Virus record (IMG/VR): IMGVR_UViG_3300020513_000022
Location: 1 to 29,012 of that record
Length of the DNA: 29,012 nucleotides
Source of the DNA: a virus
Lineage: Duplodnaviria > Caudoviricetes
Direction: 5' to 3' (one strand)
Shown: positions 1 through 8,904 of the stretch, one piece after another
Position numbering within the stretch: the stretch's first letter is position 1
How the letters are laid out: each line of letters opens with the position of its first letter
Notes under the pieces: generated by a model
What the model was told of the DNA's origin: nothing
Databases searched by the model: none
What the model saw: the letters and a program-made list of their open reading frames with translations, nothing else
Made by a program: the position numbers and the translations under genes

Positions 1-10
1 GCTGCAATCC

Positions 11-496
11 ATGGCCACCGGTAGTGGCTCATCCCCAAGCTCCGCATCCAGCTATGTCGAGCTTGCTGCCGTGCTGGGCGTGACGCGCCAGTCGATCAAT
101 ACATGGAAAAAACGCAAGGACTCACCAAAGCCTGCATCCAACGGCATGCACGATGTGTCGGAGTGGAAGGAGTTCATGCGTCGAAACGAACTCAAGGGTG
201 GCGAGCCGCTCACTCAAGATGGTGCCGACATCGAAACATCACTCAAGGCAAGGAAGCTCCTCGCTGAGGTGGAAGAGCGGGAATTGCGAGTGGGAATCAA
301 ACGCGGTGACTATGTGGCGGTGGAAGAAGTCCGCCAGACATGGACGGAATTCGTTGCGCAGGCAAAAGCCATGCTTCGCAAGAAATTTGAGCAGGAACTT
401 CCGCCGATCCTATCGGGCCTCGACGCGACCGGTATCCAGGAGGAATCACGGCGGGCCATCGATGAAGTTTTATCCATCCTGCACCATGGCGAATGA
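11..496 (+). CDS. Terminase small subunit (lambda Nu1-like)
   Basis: N-terminal HTH (ELAAVLGVTRQSINTWKK), coiled coil ending in RGDYVAVEEV; overlaps the large subunit start. Confidence 0.8.
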   Translation: MATGSGSSPSSASSYVELAAVLGVTRQSINTWKKRKDSPKPASNGMHDVSEWKEFMRRNELKGGEPLTQDGADIETSLKARKLLAEVEERELRVGIKRGDYVAVEEVRQTWTEFVAQAKAMLRKKFEQELPPILSGLDATGIQEESRRAIDEVLSILHHGE

Positions 497-2316
497 AAAC
501 GCTCGAAGCAGCACACTCGAAGTTGCGAGGGATCTGGCGTGATGCATGGCGCCCACCAGATCGCCGTCCCCCATGGGCGTGGTGTGAGGACCACATTTCC
601 TCCATCCCCTATTCGCCGATTCCCGGTCGTTTCCGATCGGCCAACTCACCATGGATGCGTGAGCCGATGGAGGCGCTGGTGGATCCAAAAATCCGAATCG
701 TGAGCATCATCGCCGCCATTCAGAGCGGCAAAACAAGCGTTGGAGAATTCGGCCTTGCCCACATCATCGCCAACCATCCGGGACCGACCCTATGGCTCGA
801 TCAGACGGATGACGATGCCAAGGACCAGAGTGAAAGTAGGCTCCAGAAGCTCTTTGACGAATGCCAGCCGGTGAAATCCCTCTATCCGGCCAACCGCCAC
901 AAAAGGAGGCTTTCCACCATCCACTTCAACAACGGCATGACGCTCTGGGTGTTGGGGGCGCACAACAAGACCAACCTCCAGCGCCGCTCGATCCGTTGGC
1001 TTATCTGCGATGAAACATGGCGCTACCCGCAAGGGCACATGACTGAGGCCGAAGCCCGCGTCACCGCATTTGGCTGGCTTGGCAAGTGCCTGTTCATGAG
1101 TCAAGGCGGAGAGGAAGACGACGACACCCACCGCAAGTTTGAAACCACCGACATGCGCGAGTGGACATTCGCTTGCCCGCAATGCCATCACCGTCAGCCA
1201 TGGAAATGGGAGCAAATCGAATGGAGCAAGGACGCGCGCGACGAAACCGGCGAGTGGGATTTCCAAAAAGTGCGCGAAACCACATCGATGCGATGCGAGT
1301 CGTGCAACCACTACTTCGAGGATAGCGACAGGACGCGTCGGGAACTCAACCTCACCGGGAAGTATGTGGCGACAAACCCAAACGCCCCGAAAGAAAATGC
1401 CGGGTTCCATTGGAATGCCCTATGCGCCATGAGCTGGGGCCGATTGGCCGAACTTTATCTCAGGGCCAAAGCTGCTGCCAGACGGGGTGATGTGAGTCTC
1501 ATCCAGCAGTTCTATCAAAAGCGCCTTGCCCTCGCATGGCGGGAATACCTCGAGGACTACAAGCTCGACATCGTGCCGGGCGGCTACCTCAAAGGTGAGT
1601 CATGGGATGGCGAGGCCGGCGTGGATGCTCAGGGGCGCTTGGTGCCGTCAGGACAAACATCCGCCTGCCCATTGCGCATCCTCACGGTAGACTGCCAGAT
1701 GGATCACATGTTTCTCGTGGTTCGGGCATGGGCCGAAGATGGATCAAGCCGCCTGATTTGGGACGAGCGCGTGCTTACCTACACCGATGTCGCCAGCATC
1801 CAGGAGCGGTTCGGCGTTCATCCCAACTTGGTTTTCATTGATGCCGGATATGCCACCTACGATGTCTACCGCGAATGTGCCTCACATGGATGGACAGCAC
1901 TCATGGGCGACAAGCGCGCGACATTCACGCACAAGGTGAAAGGCCGCAAGTCGATCGAACGGTTTTATTCTCCTCGCCGCAAAGTGGTCCTCGGCCGCGG
2001 GCAGAGTTGCTCGGTGTTTTATTGGAGCAACCTCAACATCAAGGACACGCTTGCCCGACTTCGCCGCAATCAAAACCCGGACAATGGCCCGGTGTGGGAG
2101 GTGCCAGACGACATCGATGAAGACTACCTCGCCCAAATGGAAAGCGAACACCGCATCAAAAAAAGCGGCAAATGGATGTGGGAGAGGATCGGATCAAGAC
2201 CCAATCACCTGTTTGACTGCGAGGCCATGCAGGTAGCAGCGGCCACCATGCTCAAGATCGTTGGAAGAGAGTCACAATCATCCGTTCAACCCGACCCACC
2301 CGAAGACGACGCATAG
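493..2316 (+). CDS. Terminase large subunit, lambda gpA family
   Basis: PWMREPM, Walker A AAIQSGKT, Walker B WLICDE, CPQC/CESC zinc motif, nuclease TVDCQ and NHLFDCE. Confidence 0.95.
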   Translation: MKTLEAAHSKLRGIWRDAWRPPDRRPPWAWCEDHISSIPYSPIPGRFRSANSPWMREPMEALVDPKIRIVSIIAAIQSGKTSVGEFGLAHIIANHPGPTLWLDQTDDDAKDQSESRLQKLFDECQPVKSLYPANRHKRRLSTIHFNNGMTLWVLGAHNKTNLQRRSIRWLICDETWRYPQGHMTEAEARVTAFGWLGKCLFMSQGGEEDDDTHRKFETTDMREWTFACPQCHHRQPWKWEQIEWSKDARDETGEWDFQKVRETTSMRCESCNHYFEDSDRTRRELNLTGKYVATNPNAPKENAGFHWNALCAMSWGRLAELYLRAKAAARRGDVSLIQQFYQKRLALAWREYLEDYKLDIVPGGYLKGESWDGEAGVDAQGRLVPSGQTSACPLRILTVDCQMDHMFLVVRAWAEDGSSRLIWDERVLTYTDVASIQERFGVHPNLVFIDAGYATYDVYRECASHGWTALMGDKRATFTHKVKGRKSIERFYSPRRKVVLGRGQSCSVFYWSNLNIKDTLARLRRNQNPDNGPVWEVPDDIDEDYLAQMESEHRIKKSGKWMWERIGSRPNHLFDCEAMQVAAATMLKIVGRESQSSVQPDPPEDDA

Positions 2317-2362
2317 CGCCACCGATTGGCTTCGATCGATCATGCCTGATCGTCGTCCTCCG

Positions 2363-2368
2363 TTGACA
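2363..2368 (+). promoter_or_regulatory. TTGACA motif, 20 nt before ATG 2383
   Basis: Recurrent motif; distance measured from first T to first base of the start codon. Confidence 0.65.
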
Positions 2369-2382
2369 CAGCTGGCCATTGC

Positions 2383-2643
2383 ATGGCGCGAGGATTATTC
2401 GTCACAGGTTTCACCGTAGCGGAGGTGCTCGCCATACAGAGCCGTGCCAAATCGCTCCTGCTGGATGGCAAGACGATCATGAGTTGGAACGATTCGGACA
2501 CCAATGTGACCAAGCAATTCACCATGCCCGTGGACCAAGTGCTGGAGGAATGTGCCCATGCCCTGCGAATCCTTGATCCATTCGCATATGGCAAATCCCA
2601 GCGTGTGGCCGCATCCAGCGTATCCGGATACCTCGCCAAATGA
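2383..2643 (+). CDS. Head completion protein, gpW-like
   Basis: 86 aa between gpA-type terminase and lambda-type portal; helix-hairpin-helix pattern; mainly positional. Confidence 0.6.
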   Translation: MARGLFVTGFTVAEVLAIQSRAKSLLLDGKTIMSWNDSDTNVTKQFTMPVDQVLEECAHALRILDPFAYGKSQRVAASSVSGYLAK

Positions 2644-4058
2644 GCCGCATCAGATCCATCGCCAAACTCGTCATCCCGCCGGTTTTACAACCCAAGGCAT
2701 GGGGATCGCCGTACGAGGCTGCCAATTGGTCGCCACGCCGTGGATTTGTGCCGGGCGCAATGCCCACCGACGCTCGCAATGAACTAACACCGGGCGTTCG
2801 TACCGAGTTGGTGCGCAAATCCAGGTACCTCCACAAAAACAGCGGATTCGCTCGGGAATTGGTGGCCAACATGGCGATCTATTCAACTGGCGATGGCATC
2901 AGGACCCAAGCCCAGTCGCCAGATTCGGGTTGGAACCGCGCAGCCGAGGAATACTTCTCCCTGTGGTCCGCTCGTTGTGAAGTCACCCGGCGGTTCTCAT
3001 TTGAGGAATGCCAAGCGCTTGTTTGCCGTGGCATGGACATCGACGGCGAGTACTTCGTCCATAAGACACGCAACGCACAAGGCGAGCCACGCATCCAATT
3101 GATCGAGTCACACCGAATCGGCGACCGCCTCGGATCCACCCAAACCGTGGATGGCGTTGGCCTCGATGGCTGGGGTGCACCGGTATTTTACCGCGCCATC
3201 GAAGACAATGGTGACTTCAGGGACCTTCCATCCGAAGCGGTGCTGCACATTCACGAACCCGAATGGGCCGGCGGAGTGAGGTGCCATCCAACCATCCAGC
3301 ATTCCATCAATCACGTGCTCGATGAAATCGAATTGCTCGCCCTTGAAAAACACGCGGTCAAAGACAATGCCGATGTGGCCAGGGTGCTTAAAACGGCACG
3401 CGGCGAACTGGATGATACGGGTGACTTCGTCGTCGGCGATGGCGTGACCGGCAATGAGCAAAGCGACCCATTGTCACTGCAGCGAATCGTGGGTGGGAAG
3501 CTCGTGGCGCTCAAACCGGATGAATCGATCGAAAGCTTTCAGTCCAACCGCCCGTCCCCCACATTCACGGGATTTTTGGAACACCTCAGAAGGGATTCAG
3601 CACTGGGCGTTATCCCGTTTGAGTTCGCGGCTGACTCAAGCAAGATCGGTGGCGCTGGCGTGAGACTCGTGGTGGCAAAAGCAGACCGCCGCTTTTCATT
3701 CAGGCAGATGATTCTCGAGCGCCGCCTGATCAGACCCGTTTGGTCCTATGTGATCGGCGATGCCATCAACCGCGGACTGCTCCCTCCGGCAGAGGGCTGG
3801 TGGAAGATTTCCACTGTCCCGCCAAAACGTGTCACCGTGGACGCCGGGCGTGAGGCCCAACAAAACCGCGCCGATGTGGAAATGGGGCTCAAAACCTTGT
3901 CCGACCACTTCGCAGAGTTGGGCGCCGACTTCGGCGAGGAAATCGAACGCAGGGCTGCGGATGCCAAGCTCATCCTGGAAACAGCCACGAAATACGATGT
4001 GCCGGTGGGCATGCTGTGGAAGGTCGCTGGAGAGGTGCACCAAGCCGCAACTGGTTAA
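2640..4058 (+). CDS. Portal protein, lambda family
   Basis: 472 aa; SRYLHKNSGFA, DGEYF, LQLIES-like IQLIESHR, DGVGLD..G.PV.Y, VD..RE motifs; position. Confidence 0.92.
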   Translation: MSRIRSIAKLVIPPVLQPKAWGSPYEAANWSPRRGFVPGAMPTDARNELTPGVRTELVRKSRYLHKNSGFARELVANMAIYSTGDGIRTQAQSPDSGWNRAAEEYFSLWSARCEVTRRFSFEECQALVCRGMDIDGEYFVHKTRNAQGEPRIQLIESHRIGDRLGSTQTVDGVGLDGWGAPVFYRAIEDNGDFRDLPSEAVLHIHEPEWAGGVRCHPTIQHSINHVLDEIELLALEKHAVKDNADVARVLKTARGELDDTGDFVVGDGVTGNEQSDPLSLQRIVGGKLVALKPDESIESFQSNRPSPTFTGFLEHLRRDSALGVIPFEFAADSSKIGGAGVRLVVAKADRRFSFRQMILERRLIRPVWSYVIGDAINRGLLPPAEGWWKISTVPPKRVTVDAGREAQQNRADVEMGLKTLSDHFAELGADFGEEIERRAADAKLILETATKYDVPVGMLWKVAGEVHQAATG

Positions 4059-4279
4059 GAAGACTGGAAACCCTCGTAACGAAAAACTACGCGCGTCCAT
4101 GTCGAAGACGAAAATGACAACTAGATTACGACTCCCATACCGTCACTCCGCCGGTCTCATTCTGTTTGGTGCAATGCGATGATACACTCAGAATAAAACC
4201 TACACCTTCATAGTGTATCCAAGAATAATAGCGTATTTACAATGAAGCGCACCCTGCCAGCTCTGGGGAAATAACTAGG

Positions 4280-4312
4280 AAGGCTACTTGAGGGCTTTCG
4301 GGTCAGCCTTTT
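4280..4312 (+). terminator. Possible intrinsic terminator before the protease gene
   Basis: AAGGCT-ACTTGA ... TCGGGT-C-AGCCTT imperfect stem followed by a short T run. Confidence 0.45.
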
Positions 4313-4326
4313 GCAGTTTGCTTGCG

Positions 4327-4332
4327 TTGACA
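4327..4332 (+). promoter_or_regulatory. TTGACA motif, 19 nt before GTG 4346
   Basis: Recurrent motif, just after a terminator-like hairpin. Confidence 0.65.
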
Positions 4333-4339
4333 CCAACGC

Positions 4340-5620
4340 ATGGGAGTGAACCCCATCCTCTCCCAAAGCCGTGAATGGTTGATTCAGCCCGAAGCGCTTC
4401 GTTCAATGGCCATCGCGGCCCGAAGCTTCGACAGCGGAACCATCAATCTTGCCGCCAACAAATCCAACAGTCCCCTGCTCACCATCGACAAGGGCGTCGG
4501 CGTGATTGCCATTGAGGGCCCGATTGTTCGCAAGCCGGATATCTTTGCCCGAGTCCTCATGGGGGCGACTGACGCTCTTGAGATCGGTGACGCGATTCGT
4601 GAAGCTTCCGAGCGTGACGACATCAAGGCGGTGTTCCTCGATATCGACTCTCCTGGAGGAACAGTGGCGGGCACACCAGAACTTGCTGCCGCAGTGGCCT
4701 CACTCAACGAGCGCAAGCCGGTCTATGCCTTTTCATCGGGGCTCATGGCCTCTGCCGCCTACTGGATCGCGAGCCAAGCCCGCGCAATCTACGCCACACC
4801 ATCAGCCCAAGTCGGATCCATTGGTGTGGTGCAGGCGGTGGTCGACGATTCCGGTGCGCTCGATCGGGATGGCATCAAGGTCGAGGTATTCTCGGTCGGC
4901 AAGTACAAGGCCATGGGCGCACCGGGAACCAGCCTCACCGACGATCAACGCGACCTCATTCAATCCAACCTCGCTGAAATCGCCGAAGAATTTCATACCG
5001 CCGTCTTGGCACGCGGCCGATCAATTCCAGCCGAAGCCATGGAAGGCCAAACATTCAGTGGTCGTCAGGCCCAACGCTACAACCTCGCCGGCATGGTTTC
5101 AGACCGCGCCGAGGCCATGAGAAGGCTGAGAGTTTATCACTCGTCGGTTGACACGGAATCCAGGGCGATGACCGCAACACTCGAAGACCAACTCGCTGAA
5201 GCGCGCACCCAGGTGGAAACCATCACCCGCGACTATCAGGCCCAGATCGAACTCATGAATGAGACCTCAGCTTCACTCGATTCGCTGCGCGGCGAAGTGG
5301 AGCTACTAACCGCCGAGATTGAAACACTCAAAGCGGAGCGCGACGGATCGATCGATCAAACCACGGCGATGCAGGCACGAATTGCCGAGTTGCAAGCGTC
5401 CAAAGACGATTTTGAAAAACGCGTTCAAGTCGAAGTGGCACGCGTCGTGGCCTCAACCGGAACCACCATTCCGGCCAACGTCACACCTGCTGGCGACCAA
5501 CAAAAATCGGAAGAGCTGCAAGCCCAATTCAAAGCCATCAACGACCCGACCGAACAAACCGCCTTCTGGCGCAAACTCACCCCAGAACAACAAGCCCTGA
5601 TCCTCAAACACAACGCATAA
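4340..5620 (+). CDS. Prohead protease, S49 (SppA/lambda gpC-like), with C-terminal scaffold; real start may be GTG 4346
   Basis: LDIDSPGG, MASAAYWIAS, VGSIGV, GKYK motifs; C-terminal coiled coil. Confidence 0.93.
   Translation: MGVNPILSQSREWLIQPEALRSMAIAARSFDSGTINLAANKSNSPLLTIDKGVGVIAIEGPIVRKPDIFARVLMGATDALEIGDAIREASERDDIKAVFLDIDSPGGTVAGTPELAAAVASLNERKPVYAFSSGLMASAAYWIASQARAIYATPSAQVGSIGVVQAVVDDSGALDRDGIKVEVFSVGKYKAMGAPGTSLTDDQRDLIQSNLAEIAEEFHTAVLARGRSIPAEAMEGQTFSGRQAQRYNLAGMVSDRAEAMRRLRVYHSSVDTESRAMTATLEDQLAEARTQVETITRDYQAQIELMNETSASLDSLRGEVELLTAEIETLKAERDGSIDQTTAMQARIAELQASKDDFEKRVQVEVARVVASTGTTIPANVTPAGDQQKSEELQAQFKAINDPTEQTAFWRKLTPEQQALILKHNA
5148..5153 (+). promoter_or_regulatory. TTGACA motif, 20 nt before internal ATG 5168
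   Basis: Recurrent motif inside the protease gene. Confidence 0.6.
5168..5620 (+). CDS. Nested in-frame scaffolding protein (Nu3-like, 150 aa)
   Basis: In-frame ATG (Met277) at the protease/coiled-coil boundary, preceded by TTGACA at 5148; analogy with lambda C/Nu3. Confidence 0.65.
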   Translation: MTATLEDQLAEARTQVETITRDYQAQIELMNETSASLDSLRGEVELLTAEIETLKAERDGSIDQTTAMQARIAELQASKDDFEKRVQVEVARVVASTGTTIPANVTPAGDQQKSEELQAQFKAINDPTEQTAFWRKLTPEQQALILKHNA

Positions 5621-5624
5621 TCCA

Positions 5625-6521
5625 ATGGCCAACACACTTACCAACGTCAAAGACATCAAGGTCGCACAGCGGGCGCTCATGCCCTTCATGTCGAACCTTC
5701 TGCCCGTCACCGCATTTTCAACCGACTTCAGCCCGCTGCCTGCCGACAAGCTCGACACGGTGCGAGTGCCATTGGTTGGTGCCCCCAGCACATCGAGTGA
5801 CTTCTCGGGCGATTACTCCGCAAACGCGGACTCCACGGTCACTGTGGTGCCGGTCACCCTCAACCGTCACAAGTACAAGACCGTCCATGTAACCGCCAAG
5901 GAGTCATCGGAAACCGCGCTCAATGTGCTGGAAACCCTAGTGGAAGCCGCTGCCCAACAACTCGCCCAGGATGTGCTGGTCGATATCTTCAGCTGCATCA
6001 CCTTGGCAAACTTCGGTGCGCCGGGAATTCCGGCACTGGCTGCCACCGGCTTCGATTACAAAAAGGTGCTCAGCCTGCGCGAGGCCTGCGGCAATGCCAA
6101 AATGCCGCCCAACCCCCGCTCGCTGGTCCTTGATTCCGGCTACTACACCAACATGCTTGCCGACGACGTGGTCGCCAAGAGCTTCAACCTGAACCTCAAC
6201 GCACCTGCCGTCACCGAGGGCATGGTCAAGCGTATCGCTGGATTCAACCTCCATGAAACTACGCTGATTCCGTCGGACAACGCGGAAAAACTCGTTGGTT
6301 TCGCCGCTCACTCCAGTGCCATTGCGGTGGCCATGCGCTACCTCCAACCGGTGGCCGATTACCAACAGGCTGGAGCCGTGACAGACCCAACCACGGGCAT
6401 GACCTTCGGATACCTCCGATTCACTGACACCCGTTCCAACAAGGTATTTGTCACGCTCGAATGCCTCTATGGCTTCTCCGCCGCAAAGACCGATGCCCTC
6501 AAGCGCATCGTAAAACCATAG
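5625..6521 (+). CDS. Major capsid protein (HK97 fold, P22-coat-like)
   Basis: 298 aa after protease/scaffold; DTVRVP, G.V.RIAGF, AH..AIAVAMR.L, LYG patterns; followed by a terminator. Confidence 0.8.
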   Translation: MANTLTNVKDIKVAQRALMPFMSNLLPVTAFSTDFSPLPADKLDTVRVPLVGAPSTSSDFSGDYSANADSTVTVVPVTLNRHKYKTVHVTAKESSETALNVLETLVEAAAQQLAQDVLVDIFSCITLANFGAPGIPALAATGFDYKKVLSLREACGNAKMPPNPRSLVLDSGYYTNMLADDVVAKSFNLNLNAPAVTEGMVKRIAGFNLHETTLIPSDNAEKLVGFAAHSSAIAVAMRYLQPVADYQQAGAVTDPTTGMTFGYLRFTDTRSNKVFVTLECLYGFSAAKTDALKRIVKP

Positions 6522-6542
6522 GTCATTTTGATGTGTGGGATA

Positions 6543-6581
6543 GACACCCTCTCCGGGCAACTGGAGGGGGTGTTTTTATTT
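6543..6581 (+). terminator. Intrinsic terminator after capsid gene
   Basis: ACACCCTCTCCGG-GCAA-CTGGAGGGGGTGT stem with GNRA loop, then TTTTATTT. Confidence 0.85.
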
Positions 6582-6589
6582 CCGGGCAA

Positions 6590-6595
6590 TTGACA
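6590..6595 (+). promoter_or_regulatory. TTGACA motif, 19 nt before GTG 6609
   Basis: Recurrent motif, just after the capsid terminator. Confidence 0.65.
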
Positions 6596-6602
6596 CCGCA
6601 AC

Positions 6603-6917
6603 ATGGGCGTGAACCCGATCCAAGCCGCGACGGCCGAAGCATTCCAAGAAATCCTACAGGAGTCGGGCGTGCCGGTGGTCATCAACGGAGCGACATATCT
6701 TGCAGCCGTATCGACCAACCCAATTCAGATCGAACTCGAAGAAGGCGGATACCGTCAGGATGGCTCAATGGTGGTGAAGATGCTGGTAAGCCAACTCAGC
6801 AATCCCCTGCCCAAGTTCAACGACATCATCATGATTGGCGAAACGCGTTATAAAATTGAGGAGATCACGCGCAAACCCGGTTCAGGCATCATCAAATATC
6901 TGGTCAACAGGAGGTAG
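6603..6917 (+). CDS. Head-tail joining/head closure protein (gpFII-like); real start may be GTG 6609
   Basis: 104 aa beta-rich, ending P..ND.I.IGE.RY.I; position after capsid. Confidence 0.6.
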   Translation: MGVNPIQAATAEAFQEILQESGVPVVINGATYLAAVSTNPIQIELEEGGYRQDGSMVVKMLVSQLSNPLPKFNDIIMIGETRYKIEEITRKPGSGIIKYLVNRR

Positions 6918-6922
6918 GAACC

Positions 6923-7312
6923 ATGAACCAGATCATCGAAGATTACTTGGCCGCGTGGATTGATGGGGCGGATATCGATCCCAAACCTGAAATCCTGACA
7001 GGCACCTCCAACGAAGTACGCGAGCCTGAATCCCATGCCGCCCTGGTGTTGGCGGACAACATCGACCACGTGGTGGGCCCGTTGTACCGCGCGACCATCA
7101 AGGTCATGATTTCATCGCCAGCCGACAATCGCAGTGAGCATTCAGCCATCACCAACGCGATCAAGACACTCATGAGTGCCCCATGCCCATCCGCGTCCAG
7201 CTTCAGCTCAGCCGGCTTCAAGCAAACCAGCTACACCACCAGCGTTTCAGGTGACGGGCGATGGCTATCCTCGGTCGAGGGAGTTCTTGGTGTGGTTTGG
7301 GATGACGGTTGA
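6923..7312 (+). CDS. Phage neck protein, possible tail terminator
   Basis: 129 aa directly before the tube-like genes; positional. Confidence 0.45.
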   Translation: MNQIIEDYLAAWIDGADIDPKPEILTGTSNEVREPESHAALVLADNIDHVVGPLYRATIKVMISSPADNRSEHSAITNAIKTLMSAPCPSASSFSSAGFKQTSYTTSVSGDGRWLSSVEGVLGVVWDDG

Positions 7313-7314
7313 CA
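7309..7314 (+). promoter_or_regulatory. TTGACA motif, 21 nt before ATG 7330
   Basis: Recurrent motif; includes the upstream TGA stop. Confidence 0.55.
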
Positions 7315-7329
7315 TGCGACCAGGTTGCG

Positions 7330-7644
7330 ATGCCAGCAACTTTTGGAGTCATCAACACGCACGACCTTGAGCCCCAAAGCGGGCATGTGAGCGAGTCCAG
7401 CATGGATTCATCGGTTGAGGTCGCCACCATCCGTGACGAGATGGGGCTGACCAAATACGCCGGTCCCAAGCCGCTCATCACGCGCAATGTGACCATTTCC
7501 GGCAAAGGGCTTCCCAATTTTTCCGATGTGGCCGTCGGCAGCATCACAGCGCAGCAGGTCTTCATTACCTCGGTCAAACGCAGCGAGAGCAACGACGACT
7601 TCCCCGACTTCGAAGTCGAAGGGGTCATTTACGAAGACGCCTAA
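7330..7644 (+). CDS. Small tail-tube-like protein 1 (104 aa)
   Basis: ATG 7330 preferred over TTG 7309 (motif spacing; MPATF matches MPVTF of the next gene); beta-rich; paralogue of next gene. Confidence 0.5.
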   Translation: MPATFGVINTHDLEPQSGHVSESSMDSSVEVATIRDEMGLTKYAGPKPLITRNVTISGKGLPNFSDVAVGSITAQQVFITSVKRSESNDDFPDFEVEGVIYEDA

Positions 7645-7656
7645 CCCACCATCACC

Positions 7657-7992
7657 ATGCCAGTCACTTTCAACAAAATCGGAGTCCAGTCGGTCAGCGC
7701 CGAACTCATCGAAAGCGTCGAAACCACCAAGTCGCTCGACACCAAGATGATCATGTCGAGTGAAGGCGGCTTTGGCGCAGGCAAGGGCTTTGACCCGAAG
7801 TTTGAGTTCACGATCAAAGGTCGCGGTACCACGACAATCGATGCAGGCGGAACCGCGACAATGATTCCGGAAGGAATCACCGGGGGCATCACCGTCATCA
7901 CCTCAGTGAAGGTGAGCGAGAAAAATGACGACTTCAACGAGTTCGAAATTAGCGGCGTGAATTACCCGCAGGCACAAGCTCTCGGTAATTAA
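7657..7992 (+). CDS. Small tail-tube-like protein 2 (111 aa)
   Basis: Shares TIxGxG and ITSVKxSExNDDFxxFExxGVxY with the previous gene; upstream of the chaperone. Confidence 0.5.
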   Translation: MPVTFNKIGVQSVSAELIESVETTKSLDTKMIMSSEGGFGAGKGFDPKFEFTIKGRGTTTIDAGGTATMIPEGITGGITVITSVKVSEKNDDFNEFEISGVNYPQAQALGN

Positions 7993-8025
7993 CGAGCAAA
8001 CCATCTCCCCCATCAAGATCACCCC

Positions 8026-8493
8026 ATGAAACAAGGAAGCACCGTCACCATCGTACGCGACCACGACACGCCACCGATGAAAAGCCGCAACACCTCAATG
8101 ATTGCCGGTGCGCTTACTTCCGGGTTCGAATTCGCGACGCAACGAGCATTTTCCGACACGGTTGAGGATGTGGGAGGTGCCACGAAACGCACTGTCACCT
8201 GGCTGATGGATGGAGCAAAGACTGTTCGTTTTGTTCCAATCCCCATGGAGGAAGAAATCACGTTTTCCGAATTCAAGCGGCGTTTCTCATCGCAGGAGTG
8301 GTGTGAGGAAAACCCCGATCACCCGATTTCCTACATGCGTGGAATTATCGAAAACAGGGGCGGCCTCATCGAGAAGCTCAAGACCATGATGCCGATGCTT
8401 TTGCTTCGGAAAGGTAAGCGCACCGCAATCGTCCCATCCGGCAGCGACGAGGCGAGTAAGACCCTGCGCGAAAAGATCCTCTCAATCTTCTAA
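8026..8493 (+). CDS. Hypothetical phage protein
   Basis: 155 aa ORF filling the operon; no recognised motif. Confidence 0.6.
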   Translation: MKQGSTVTIVRDHDTPPMKSRNTSMIAGALTSGFEFATQRAFSDTVEDVGGATKRTVTWLMDGAKTVRFVPIPMEEEITFSEFKRRFSSQEWCEENPDHPISYMRGIIENRGGLIEKLKTMMPMLLLRKGKRTAIVPSGSDEASKTLREKILSIF

Positions 8494-8496
8494 ATC

Positions 8497-8904
8497 ATGG
8501 AAACACGAGATCAACTTATCGGCCAAGGCATGATCGAGGCCAACAGCAAGACAATCGGCGGCATCAAGATGAGGCCGTTTTCGATTGGTTCCAAGCAAGT
8601 TGCCGATCTGCTCAACCTCACAATTTTTTCAGGCGGCGAAGCAACCAGCGAGATCGAGCTACAACGCCAGATCAACACCTTCGTGTGGATGCAGTCCGCG
8701 CCGCTCAATGATGTGGCAGAAGCAGTCGCCAACAACAGCGCTGGAAAAGCAGCCCTCATTTACTCACTCGGAATCGAGCTTGCTCATCTGCCCGACATCA
8801 TCGCGGAGATTGAGCGCATTGGTAAGCAGGTCGCCGCCAATGAGGTAAGGGTCGAGTCAAAGCACAAATTGACCTGCGAAGACGAGCCGCCGGGAAAGTC
8901 CTGA
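8497..8904 (+). CDS. Tail assembly chaperone (gpG-like)
   Basis: Ends EPPGKS* with slippery heptamer G GGA AAG at 8892-8898. Confidence 0.75.
   Translation: METRDQLIGQGMIEANSKTIGGIKMRPFSIGSKQVADLLNLTIFSGGEATSEIELQRQINTFVWMQSAPLNDVAEAVANNSAGKAALIYSLGIELAHLPDIIAEIERIGKQVAANEVRVESKHKLTCEDEPPGKS
8892..8898 (+). other. Programmed -1 frameshift site GGGAAAG
   Basis: Same heptamer and phase as lambda G-T; the -1 frame stays open to 9137. Confidence 0.8.
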
